In this document: positions 9,830 to 21,705 of the stretch, piece after piece | Position numbering within the stretch: position 1 is the stretch's first letter | How the letters are laid out: each line of letters begins with the position of its first letter | NCBI GenBank assembly: GCA_040285825.1 | Contig: JAUPSS010000007.1 | Span: 582,501-646,500, forward strand | From: Eukaryota sp. TZLM1-RC | Taxonomy: Eukaryota > Protista > Metamonada: BaSk clade | Direction of reading: 5' to 3' | Length of the DNA stretch: 64,000 nucleotides | Made by a program: the position numbers and the translations under genes | Notes under the pieces: generated by a model | Told to the model about the DNA's origin: nothing | What the model saw: the letters and a program-made list of their open reading frames with translations, nothing else | The model's database searches: none

Positions 9830-10975
9830 TAGCTAGAGAGCAAGCAGATCAAGATTCTGTAGATGAAATTTTGGTTCATTGAATTTCGTCCCATTAGGTA
9901 TGAGTTTATTTTGTTAAGTGTGCAAGTTCAATAAAACTATAAGTAATAAATCATCATATAAATAACGCAAAATGTCTTGAAGTGTTGATCATGCTTAACT
10001 TAGTCCATATTATGGCGGTTTAGGTTGGACAAAATTTTCAATTCTTACTTCGTGTGCTTTTATTGGTGGATGCAGAAGAGCAACTTCTGAGTTTTCCGAA
10101 AGATTTGCAGATTGGAAAGATTTATTGATGACAACGCAAAGTTCCACTGTTTTTGCATTAGATGAAGAATTGTCAAAAATTCATGTAAAAAAATGGAATC
10201 AAAACTTTCCCCAATCACTCGATGGTAATATTCCCGAAAAATTTTTTTTAATGAGATGTTATTTCAATATCCCATTAATCAATAATTATTAAAAGAAAAA
10301 TGTATTTGTTCGAATTCATTTCAACTCACTCTGCGCCATGCTCTGAATTGTTCTAAATTGATAACTTATCGTTCTTCATTACATGATGCTGTTAGAGACA
10401 CTGTTTTCAAAATGGTACAAGCTGCATGAATATCATGTACCAAAGAGCCTCTGCTGAAGGAAACACTGTCTTTGAATATTTTTGGTTCTGATGACAGAGG
10501 TGATGTATACTGTGATTGGATTCAGATTTCTGAAGTTGTTGTTGATTTTTTCTCACGTGATGTCGCAAATGACACTTTGGTTCAAAGAAGAAAACTTAGT
10601 CCTGTAGATGCTCTTGAATTTAAGGCCCAAGAAAAACATAAAAAATATGACAAAGATATCAAAGAAGCTAATGACGATAGAAAAAGGACACTTGTTTTTA
10701 TTGCTTTCCCATCTTCTGTAAACGGAAGACTATCAGTCGAAGCAGAAACTTTTTTGAATGACTTCCAATAAATAATTCAAGAACGAACAATGAATAAATT
10801 TGATATATTTTTATGGCGCTCTCGGAGTCAATTTGCCATTTTTAATAGAATACCTCCGTTTTTCAATCGAATTAGAGAAGTTTTAGCAAGACAGCAAACA
10901 GGTCAACATTTTGTAGAGGAAATCTTGGTTCAATGAATTTTGTCCCATTAGTTATGATTTTATTTTGTTAAAGTG
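9830..10975 (+). mobile_element. CRE-like non-LTR family A: short 3' end (9830-9935) followed by a longer degenerate 3' portion (~9970-10975)
   Basis: Zn-knuckle region (HALNCSKLITYRSSLHDAVRD), EP/RGD RLE motifs, KYDKDIKEAN and family-A 3' UTRs; contains stops and frameshifts. Confidence 0.82.
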
Positions 10976-11076
10976 CCATTTTCAAAACCCATATATCATC
11001 TATTTCAAACAGATGTCAACAAATCCTTTTCACATGCAGACATTACTGCGACAATTTGGAACTAAATAGAAGTATT

Positions 11077-13702
11077 TTTCTGGAAATATTTTGCTCGAAA
11101 AAACAAAAATTGTTTTAAAAAAATTTTGGAAATAGAAAAATTGTAAAATCAAAAATTTGCCGAAAATTGTGCTAACGTGGTCGTTATGGTGCCGCAAAAC
11201 AGTCCTTGTTTTCCTCTTCTTTGGCTGATGCAAACTCTGATACCCTTGAAACACTTCAAAAGTTGCATCCTCAAGAAAATTTCAAGTGCAGCAAGCCTGA
11301 AGTGTGTCCTTTTTGGATTGAAAATCCTATTACTGCAATTGAAGTTCCTAAAGCTATTGAAAAATTACCAAAGGGGAAAGCAGCAGGCCCATCTGGAATT
11401 TCTTTTGATCTGTTAAAAACAGCGTGTTCCAGTGCTCCCGAAATTGCATATGATCTAGCCCATTATTTTCAACAATTAATTGTTTTGAAAATTAATCCTC
11501 CTTTTGAATTACTTGCTGCACGTCTGATTGCAAGTCTGTGATAAAGTCTGGTAATGGAATTAAACATGATGGAATACGCCCATTTGCTGTTGGTGAATCT
11601 CTATCTCGTTTGCTGGCATCAATTGTCTTCGATCGTGTCAAAGACAAAGCTTCTACATTTTTGAATCCTCATCAATTTGGAATCAAAACAATTGATGGTG
11701 CTTCTGTTGCTGCTATTGCCTCAGATACTTTTTTTAATGCAGAGGAAAATAATTATAATTTTAATCTTGACTTTAAAAATGCTTTTAATTCTGTAAAGCG
11801 AGAAGCAATTTTTGAAGTAATTAAATCTAATTTTCCTGAGCTATCGAGTTTTTTCTATCATTTTTATGGGAAAGAATCAGATTTAATTTATAATTCATTT
11901 GGTCTTAAATCATCTTCTGGTGTGAAGCAAGGTGATCCTTTAGGCCCATTATTGTTTTGTTTTGCTATTCACAAAACTTTAAATATCATTAAGCAAAATA
12001 CCCTTCTATAAAAATAGTTGCTTATATGGATGATATATCCTTGATTGGTTCATTTGATTTACTAGAATTGGTTGCTCAAGAAATTGCCGATTCATATGAA
12101 AATATTGGGCTTTATCTTAATGCGGGCAAATGCCTTCTGATTGGCTCTTCTGCTCAAGATCTTGTGATAAACGATTCTATTGTCCCTTTTACTAATTATA
12201 GTAGTGATGCTTTTAAGTTTCTTCGTTGTTGGTTAGGAAACGTGCCTCAAATTCAGAATGAATTGCAAGTTATTTAGGAAAAAATGAAAATTGAACTTGA
12301 TTCAATTTCTTCTTTAGATATAGAAAAGCATATTAAATTTTTCATGCTTAAAATTTGCTACACTGGGAGAATAACCCACATTTTGAGATCTTGTGCTCCT
12401 TCCATAGCATTAGATTTTTGTCGTTCATTTAATTCATTGAGAACAGAATTTTTTGCTGATTTATTGGATGTAGAACCAGTAATGTTGAAAAGTCACTTAT
12501 TTTCTTCAGCAAATTTGGGTGGTATTGGATTTACTAAATCTTCAATTTTGTGTCAATCAGCATTCTTGGGTGGTGGCAAAAATTTTATTTATGAATTTTC
12601 TCGTAGATTTCCTGATGATTCTCATCTGTTAGTTGCCAATTGCAGTCCTTATTTGTATGAGTTATCTTGTGAACTTGAAAAATTGCGCCACAAATTTTGA
12701 CCAAATGTTTTCCTCAATCAATTCAAGAAATTCCAAACCGATCTCTTTTTAATTTACAGTTTTGCTGTAAAAAGCTTCAACAAAAATTGTCAAAGATTTT
12801 TGAAAGTTTGGATTTTGATGTTAGACTTGGCTTGGCCAAGAAAAAGAATCCCGCTTTTGCAAATCTTTTAGAAGATATGTCTGACAGTACTTCTTCTGCC
12901 TTAGTAACAACAATTCCACAAGTTTATGGTACTCTCTTAACCGATTCTGCGTGAACTCTAAATATGAGATTTCGTTCCTTTATCTGGCCTGATAATTTAC
13001 CTCATAATTTAATTTGTAAATGTTCTCGAGAAATTACAACTACTCATTTGTTAAATTGTAAACATTTTATTACTTTTAGAAGCAAGGTTCATGATGCTGT
13101 AAGAGACCAGTTATATTGTATGTGTAAATCTCATAGAATTGAATCCTTTTTGGAACCTCTGTTGTCAAGTCTGTTCGATGCTGAAGATGATTTTCATAAG
13201 AATAATAGAGGTGATGTTATATTACCTGGATTAGATGGAAGTTTCATTTTATTGGATGTAATGTCTGTTGATCCTTGTGATGCCTCAAATGCAAGGCTAG
13301 TTAATTCTGAAATTCATAATCCCCTTTCAAATGCTGAAAATTCTAAATTCAAAAAATACAATGAACCTTTGTCCAAATTGGCCAGTCTACAGCATGCAAA
13401 ATACAATTTGTATCCATTTGTATTTTCCCTTTTTGGTTCACTTGCACCAACTGCTTTACGTTTTTTGGATGATTTTGAAATGATTGTAAAAAGAAGAACT
13501 GGCAGAAATTTCAACAAATGTTTTGGGCAAAATAGAATTGTGTTTTCCATTTTTAAGGGGATGTTGAAGATGGTTTCTGATGCTTTGCTTTCTCTTGGAT
13601 CTCATTATGAGAGAGTTGCATCTAGTGTTTTTGTTCTGGGAGAGATGGATTATTTAGATGTTGATTTATAGGTTTTGAATAATGTTAAAATTTTGGTCAA
13701 AA
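11077..13702 (+). mobile_element. CRE-like non-LTR retrotransposon family B (RT + CCHC + RLE endonuclease), 5'-truncated and frameshifted
   Basis: KAAGPSG, IRPFAVGE, LDFKNAFNSV, GVKQGDPLG, YMDD, CKC..HLLNC, VHDAVRD, EP..RGD..DV, PFVFSLFGSL. TSD AAATAGAAGTATT at 11064-11076 and 13703-13715. Confidence 0.92.
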
Positions 13703-15160
13703 AAATAGAAGTATTGTTTTACAAAAACAATATTGGTTATGATGGGACACATCATTTGTCAAACAAGATTACTTTGGAGCAAATTTTCCAACGATTGCTT
13801 TATGATCATATTAGACATGTCAGTCCTTGTTTCATGTGAGCAACAAAGAATCCAATTTTATTGTACGATCAGTGGGTTTGGCCTTCTGCATTATTCTTTT
13901 GTTTCAAGATATTTATTGATGACATTACAGCGCTCAAGGTTTGAATGGATCTGTTTTTGCTCAAATTACTTAAGGATCGTGTTCTGACACCCATTGCGTA
14001 TCTAAAACAGACGAAAAATATGTCAAAGTTGACGACAGCTTGGACTATTAAGCCAACACTTACATCAGAAAAAGGCTCCAACTTAATTGATTGTAAATGG
14101 TTCATAAATAGAAAATGGAAATTTGGTAAATAACTTTTTGGATCTTTGAATGTAATAAAATGTATTTGTCAATTTTCTGCAAATGGTATTTTCAAAACAA
14201 AATCAACTGTTGCAATTGTATACACTGTCAAAATTTTTGCAATATCCTTTCTCATCAATGCATCTCGGAAATTGGTGGCGTTGATTTAAAAGACTGAATT
14301 ACCTTCGCAAAGTTGCATTGTACCATTTACTATTACTTTGTTTTGTGATACTGGACCTTTTTGATCACATTTCTACAAAACAGAGCTTAACATAATTGAA
14401 TTCTTGAATATGGTTAAGTTGAACTGATTGTTGCAATTTTAGGTGTATTGCAGCAATGGTCTCTGACGCTTTGTGAGCTACTAATGCTGAGAGAATCAGA
14501 ATGTTTCATATAATGATTATGGAAACCAGCAAAAATGTTTGGGAATAACATGAATTATTGAAAAACATCAGATTTCGTGTCAAAGAACATGAGCCTAACA
14601 ATAGCATAGAGTTCCAAGATGGCACGAAACGAGGTGACCATTGTGTCTTGGACTGAATGTCAAGAAATCGTAGAATTGGAACTTCACTTCTAATTATTTC
14701 AATGACAACATAAGAATCAAACTGAAGTCCTCAATATCGGTAGCTACTAATCAAAAATTGACATCCATTTTTTAGAGCATTGTGCGGAACAGTTAGTTAG
14801 ATGATGTAGGAAATTTCATAGAATTGATTGCATGAACGGATCCATTGGTTTAGTCTATAAAAGCCAGTTGAAATATAAAAACATCATTTGGATTTTTGTC
14901 AAAAGTTGTGATGTTGATTCTATCAATAGTCATCAGAAAATTAATTAATACATCACCAACTAAAATTTGGTTGTTTTCTTCATGTTGTTGAGCTATATAC
15001 AGCTCTTTTTTATTCTCAAATTGTGCTCAATTGTGAAAGGTCACTCAGTATATAATAGCAGAGAGAGCCAACAAAATGGATTTAAAAAGCACAAAGACAT
15101 CACTCCCCAGGATTTCAACTCAACATCCCTGAACAGTTTTAAACCATCTTTTCTCCACCA

Positions 15161-17110
15161 ATGTTCTTCCAATCATCCTTTGAAGAATGGCTTGCCTCAG
15201 ACCCCCGTGGTCGTGTCATATGTGAGAACCTTCCAACGTTCTACACATACTACCAAGAACGTGGCTTCTTCAACTGGGCCCTTCGCAATACTCTCCTTCT
15301 CCTCCTAAACCTCTTCAACGCTTCCCTACTCTTCTTTCTCATCGTTTTTGTTAACTGGAATGGCCTTTTCTCTTGCCAAGACCCTGTGGACTGTGCTTCC
15401 AACGCTCTCAATCCCTCCCCACTGTCTAACATAGGTACCTTTACTGTTCTGCTTACTCTTTCCTTTCTTTTGTATTTTGGTTATCAAGTTCGGCTATTCG
15501 TACTTACTATTCCAAAAATGAAAATAATGCAAAGGTTCTACACAAAAGAGTTAAATATAACCAATTCTGACCTCCAAGTCTTGCCTTTTCAACGGCTGGT
15601 TTCCGTTATTTCTGACCTTTCTGGAGAATCTTCAGGACTGATTGCACTCAAACTTTCCCAGTTAATATGCAAAGACGATAACACGTTATTAGCACTGTAT
15701 CATTCTAAAATACTACCACTTGATCGAAAACTGATTGGGTTCGGCCCAGTCAAAATCGACTATTTTTCAAAATCACTTGAATTTTTGCTCCGAAAAACAA
15801 TTATTCATTCTAGTTGGAGGTTTGAAATTGTTGATGAAAAATATTTTAATTCAAAATTTAATTTAAATTCAGAACTAATTCGCAAAAGAATACTTCTTTG
15901 GACCTTGGTCTCATTACTAGCTTCTCCTTTCATTTTCGTTTTCATCCTAGTTCACCTATTTTTCTCTTACACCGAAGCCCTCTATGATTCAGACTCCTTC
16001 GCTTCTTGGAAGTCGTTTAGTAATAGATCGCGTTGGCTATTTCGTCATTTTAACGAATTACCACATTTATTTGATGATAAATTAAAAAGTTCCTACAAAC
16101 CAGCTAATGAATACTTGGGTTTGTTTAAGTCTAGAACGAGTGTGATTGTGCAAAGGTTTGTAGTTTACATGTTTTCGGCTTTTGCGGCTGTTTTAATTAC
16201 CTTTTTGTACCTATTTGGTGAAAAAGTGCTGAATATAGAACTATTCTCAAATGGTCGAACTTTAACTTGGATTCTTTTATCAGTAATTATTCCAATAATA
16301 GCTTTCTCAAGATCATCACTTCCCGGACCAGATTTCTCTTTTCATGCTAACCAATCATTAAGGAAATTTTTCCACTCCACCAAGTACATTCCAGACGGAT
16401 GGAGGGGCAATGGTGAGAGTATTCACACCCACAAGGCTCTATCAAGTGTATTTCAGCTACGACTAATTAATTTAGTTTCCGAATTAATCTCAGTATTTAT
16501 ATCGCCTTTTATAATGTTTTTTATTGTTTTGCCTAAAATCACCACTATTGTTTCTTTTCTTGAATCTATAGTAGATCACGACATCGAAGCTTCTGATGGC
16601 AGCGATGAGCTCAATTGGTCTAGATTCCAACTTGATGATAATGGTAAGGTGGAGGTGTTATTAAAGGTTCACAAAGGACCTGATAATGAACAAATTTGTT
16701 TGAATAAGATTGTTTCATCACTTCTACATTTTGCTGCGATTTTCCCATCATTTTCACCAATCAATTTTGATAAGTTTTTGGCCACTTTCCCTTCCAAGAC
16801 CAACAACATTGTTGATGACGTCATTGAGGTCATTTATTCCCAAGATATGAGCATTGGAAGCACCATTGCCCAAAGAGGTTTTGACACGCAAAATGTTACC
16901 AGTATGTCTTATGTAGCGAGATCGGCATATTACTCTACACTTCATGACAATGCTCTGCAAAGCACTTCAATGATGAATAAAAGAGATATAGAAGAGGGGG
17001 GAAACCGATCAATCGGGAATGAGGTTGGTGAAGTGTTGAATGAATCGCCAGTTAGTAGCAGGAATTTTGAAAAGAAAAAGCTATTGGATGATGTAGGTGA
17101 TGATCTGTAA
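15161..17110 (+). CDS. ATG9: Autophagy-related protein 9 (lipid scramblase)
   Basis: NLPTFYTYYQERGF, WKSFSNRSRWLFRHFNELPHLFDDKLKSSYKPANEYL, LVSELISVFISPFIMFF and multiple TM helices; 649-aa intact ORF. Confidence 0.9.
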   Translation: MFFQSSFEEWLASDPRGRVICENLPTFYTYYQERGFFNWALRNTLLLLLNLFNASLLFFLIVFVNWNGLFSCQDPVDCASNALNPSPLSNIGTFTVLLTLSFLLYFGYQVRLFVLTIPKMKIMQRFYTKELNITNSDLQVLPFQRLVSVISDLSGESSGLIALKLSQLICKDDNTLLALYHSKILPLDRKLIGFGPVKIDYFSKSLEFLLRKTIIHSSWRFEIVDEKYFNSKFNLNSELIRKRILLWTLVSLLASPFIFVFILVHLFFSYTEALYDSDSFASWKSFSNRSRWLFRHFNELPHLFDDKLKSSYKPANEYLGLFKSRTSVIVQRFVVYMFSAFAAVLITFLYLFGEKVLNIELFSNGRTLTWILLSVIIPIIAFSRSSLPGPDFSFHANQSLRKFFHSTKYIPDGWRGNGESIHTHKALSSVFQLRLINLVSELISVFISPFIMFFIVLPKITTIVSFLESIVDHDIEASDGSDELNWSRFQLDDNGKVEVLLKVHKGPDNEQICLNKIVSSLLHFAAIFPSFSPINFDKFLATFPSKTNNIVDDVIEVIYSQDMSIGSTIAQRGFDTQNVTSMSYVARSAYYSTLHDNALQSTSMMNKRDIEEGGNRSIGNEVGEVLNESPVSSRNFEKKKLLDDVGDDL

Positions 17111-17396
17111 ATAATGTTAATAAAGTTTTGTTGCGGTGTTTCTTTTTAATTCCATTGATTTGTTACTTTTGTTGTTTTTCAAGGATTTCATAATTGTTTG
17201 CTCAATATTTTAATTTTTTAAGGTTAAAAGGTGCATTTAAAGTTCAAAAAAATTTCGTGAAATCGACACCTAAATCTTAATGACTCCAAACCAATGAATG
17301 AGGTCTTATTTGTAAAATTACAAATACAATTGAAACAAAAAGAAACATCATTTATTTATTAAATCAAGATATAATTCAATCAAAAAATGAAACATT

Positions 17397-19100
17397 CTAA
17401 ACTTGATTTACAATATCGTCAATTCGCAAAATCATCTTAGTGACTTGCGTTGCTAACAAAAATTGTTGTTGTTTTCCCTTTAAAGTTTCAAACACATGTT
17501 GCGTCATCATATCATTATCCCCAGTTTGATTGCAATCAATTCCGTAATGAGGTTTCCCGGATTTAATCTGCTGAGCTCTTGCCTTAGCAACTTCCTCCAA
17601 TACAGGAAGTCCTGCATTCTCGGCCAAAGCCATTGGTATAGCTTCCAAAGCATCAGCGAATGCCCTGAACGAGAACTGATCAGTATTACCAACAGTATCG
17701 GCATGCTCGTTGATTTTAAGAGCACAAGCAATTTCAGCTGAACCACCCCCATAAATGATTGATGGATCCCTAATCAGATTGCGTGACACACAGATGGCAT
17801 CGTGTAAAGAACGTTGAGTCTCAGCAACAGCCATGTTGTTGGATCCCCTGCATAGAACAGTGACTGCCTTGGAAGAAGGGCATCCCTCAAAGAAAATGAA
17901 GCGGTCTCGAGTTGTACCCAAAGAAGCTTCCCTTACAGAAGATGCAAAACCAAGTTTGCTCTCAGTAAGCTCTTCAAAGCGAGGAACTATACGGGCACCT
18001 GTGATGAGTTGTCAAGATAATAGAGAAACAATACCAGTCGCAATAGCCAGCAATTCAATTTCAGGACCACCAACCCATCTCACTGCATTGATTCCATTCT
18101 TTAATAATAAATGATTAGCCTCATCCTCAAAACCCCATTGGCAAATTACTAAATTACAACCCACGGATTTCAAAGAACTAATCATGTCTTTGAAAAATTG
18201 TTGCTCCATCGTAGCTAATCGTTCGTAGGCATCAGCATCAGTAATGTCAATATGATGTTTGTTTTTAGGCTTTGGTGCTTCCATTGGACATGTAAGAATG
18301 GCAATACGGGCCTCTGAAAGAGACTTCTGCATTTGAGGGTGACTAAACTCTTTTTCTAGAACAATGCCCTTAACCAAAGCAGAATCTTCAATTCTACCTC
18401 CAGTCTTTGTTACGACTTTGATCAAATCAAGGTTAGTATCTTTTCGTTCTAGGTCGGCCACAGAGAGCACGGCATCAACAGCGATATCAGCCATTGTATC
18501 AATACTTTTGGAAACAATCTTGGAAGAAAGTGTTGTCAGGGCAGTTTTCTTCAAGTGTTTTTGAAGATTCTCTTCAATCTTCAGTTCATCAGCAATCTCA
18601 GTAAGGTAAGCAGAGCAGATCTGGGCGGCTTTTTCGTAACCAGCAGCGATACGCACAGGATGCATTCCCCGATCGAGGAGTTCAAGAGCTTGTTCTAGCA
18701 GGGCACCGGCAAAAACAACGACAGAGGTGGTACCGTCACCAATCTCAGCGTCCTGAGATCGGGAAAGTTCAACCAAGAGTTTACCCACTTCATGTTCTAC
18801 TTGCATCTGTTCCATGATGGTGGCACCATCGTTGGAGATGTTGAGATCACCATCGGGCGAGACAAGCATTTTATCGGCACCTTTGGGACCAAGAGATGTG
18901 CGAAGGGTAGATGCAACGGATATGGCTGCAAGGATGTTTTGCTAGGATAAGCTGGTGGATGATCGTGCTAGACGTACTTTGTGGGCTTCTAGACCTGTAG
19001 CACGTTTCTTTTCTTCTTGATCCTTGACGATGACAAAAGGTCTACCATACTCGTCAAAGACGACGGGCATTTGAGAGGGATTGCTTGCTTGTGCGCTCAT
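17397..19100 (-). CDS. CCT5: T-complex protein 1 subunit epsilon; introns at 18942-18977 and 17999-18034 (36 nt each)
   Basis: [15 protein letters not shown]-terminus, [37 protein letters not shown] and [25 protein letters not shown] after removing the GT-AG introns. Confidence 0.95.
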
Positions 19101-19896
19101 TGTGAAAAAGTGTGTAAAGAGGGTTAAAAAGTGAAATTAATTAACCAGAGATTAATTTTGAAGTGACTTTCTTGTTTGATTACTGCTAGTTTATCAACAA
19201 ATGTAATAGAAGAGAAAAAATGACCTTTCTTGGACCAACTCTGATCGTAGTAATTGTTTTGTCAAACCACCAGTAAAAATTGTATCATGTAGAGATTAAT
19301 CAGCTTGTGTTCTCATTCGAAGCCTTTTGTTTTTTTATTGTACTATCATTTTTCTAAAAGAGCCCCGATCTTGTTCATAGGGTTTAATTAGAACAGGGAT
19401 CTATTAGAAGAGGGCTGTAATGTGAGGCCTCTCATATTCATGATCAACACTAATAAAAATATTTTTTGCTGGTTTTTATATTTTATGCTTAACTCATTAA
19501 AGACACACTTTAGTTTGATCTGCTGAATCACTATATATTAATACTTTCAGCAGGGTTCTATTAGAACAGTGCTGAATTAGAAAAATGATAGTATGTTGCA
19601 GTTCAAAAAACAAACTAACAGTATCTGTATTTGGCCTTTTTCCCAATTTTATACATTGGCGGGGTATTCTTTGAGCTTTTGAAACATTCAAGATTGTACT
19701 TAAACTTGCTTTGTCAAGAGTACAAAGGATGGAAATCATAACTAGCCAAATAAACTGTAATAAATGTACTAAAATTGTCACCAGATATACTAGCTTTTGA
19801 AACAACAAAAATATTTTTTCCTTACAATTTATTCATTTTCTTCAGAATATTGTGAAAAACAACCCAAACAATACTAAAAACAAACTTAAATACACT

Positions 19897-20747
19897 TTAT
19901 TTTAAATCATTCAAATAACGAACAATAAATGGACTTTGTAATATATCTTCCAGGCTCGGCCTATCTTTTGGATTTGCTTTTAAAATACTTAGTATTAAAT
20001 TCCGACAATCAGGTGGAAAATTCCTTGGAAAATCAATATCCAACTTCGATATGGACCGGAACGTTTCCTCTTTCGTACCCCTTACCCATGGTGGATGGCC
20101 TACCAGAAACTCATAGAGCAAAACTCCTACGGCCCAGACATCGATTCTGTGATCATGGGGTTGGTCGTTAATCATTTCAGGAGAAATGTAATCTATGGTT
20201 CCGCACATGGTCTTTCGCCTTCCGTCATTGACCAAAGCTGCCCACCCAAAGTCGGCTATTTTGAGTTCACCATCCGCACCAATTAGAATGTTTTCTGGCT
20301 TGATGTCGCGATGGATAACGTTACAGGCGTGGCAGTGGCGAAGAGCTTTGATTAGTTGGGTGATGTAAAGTGCGGCTCTTCTAGGTCTGAATTTCCCACA
20401 AGATTTGAGTTCCTTGTACAATTCACCACCGGGAGCATATTCTAGTATCATGTAGATTCGTTTCTTGTCATGAAAGTAACCATAAAGTTTGAGTATATTG
20501 CGATGACTAAGGTAAGGATGAGGAAGAAAGAGGCATACTTAAGGCGACGTTGAATCTCGATTTCTTGCAGAACTTGTTTTTGATAGTTGTAACGTTCGAG
20601 TTCCTTTTTTTGTAGAACCTTGAGAGCAACAATGAACTTTGACTTCTTCTCACGAGCAAGAAAAACTTGTCCAAATTGACCCTGTCCGAGTTCACGGCCT
20701 ATATCAAAGTCTGATACATGCCAAGTACGACGAGGAGTCTCTGACAT
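19897..20747 (-). CDS. Aurora kinase; one 32-nt intron (20507-20538)
   Basis: WHVSDFDIGRELGQGQFGQVFLAREKKSKFIVALKVL, EIEIQ, LEYAPGGELYKEL, HRDIKPEN, ADFGW, RRKTMCGTIDY. Splicing restores LNHRNILKLYGYFHD. Confidence 0.93.
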
Positions 20748-20838
20748 GTCAGAATGAGGAGGAAAGTGTGTATATTGTGTAACTAAAGTGCAGACTTGTT
20801 GAGATGGGTTGGAGGAAGTTCAATCAAAATTGCAAAAC

Positions 20839-21248
20839 TCGGATGTAAATAATCCTCTTCTTGCAGGCGAAAAATATAAAATTGCTAAATATGCGAAACC
20901 CATTTCCTTGGTTAATGAAAATTCTCATGCCCGATATAATTTATGTCCATTTGTTTTTTCTTTGCTTGGATCTCTAGGTAAGGCTGCTATGGCTTTCCTT
21001 GAGGATTTTGTTGTAGTTGTAAAGGAAAGAACTGGAAGAATTTTCAATCGTGTTTACTGGCAAAACAGGATTGTATTTTCTATTTTTAAGGGAATGGTAA
21101 CACTAATTTCTGATTCACTATCTTCTTTTGGGAAATTTTCTGAATCTTTAGCGATTAATTGTTTTGATGTAGGGGAGGCAGGTTTTGAGGATGTGGAGTT
21201 TTAATTGTGTATTTCATATTTGTTGTTGAATAAAAATATATACTAAAA
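20839..21248 (+). mobile_element. CRE-like family C, short 3' fragment
   Basis: Near-identical to 36108-36508. TSD AAAATTGCAAAA(C) at 20826-20838 and 21249-21261. Confidence 0.88.
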
Positions 21249-21705
21249 AAAATTGCAAAACCCTGAGCTCTGCAAGAAAAAACAATCAAAAGATTGTTTC
21301 AATGGGCCTTTGTGCAGTTCCATGTAATGTATTTATGAGATAAACTATGCTATACTTATTACTCAACTTGTTGTTAATTTAGAGTACATTCCTGGGTTCG
21401 TAGTCAACAACTCTCCCTTTAGAACGAAGAAACACTAATTACTCATATCCAATTCGCAAGAATATTAGTCACTTATCAAGAACAAATATTGTTTCACTGA
21501 TGACTTAAGTTGTTTATCATTACGTGTACATTGTTTACAATCGTACCTTCAACGAATTCTTTGAACTTTTTTTAATCGAGAATACTCCAAATTTAAGCTT
21601 ACAGTAGTAGTGATATCAGATAGCAAACTATTATTGATACACAAAGGCTAATACTGTAGAAGAAATTCAACAAAGCATTTTGTGACTCAAACCACCCAAT
21701 ATGCA

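Noticed and set aside
14540-14960. Very old CRE-like endonuclease fragment (EP...KRGD...W)
   Set aside because: Too degenerate to delimit or assign with confidence.
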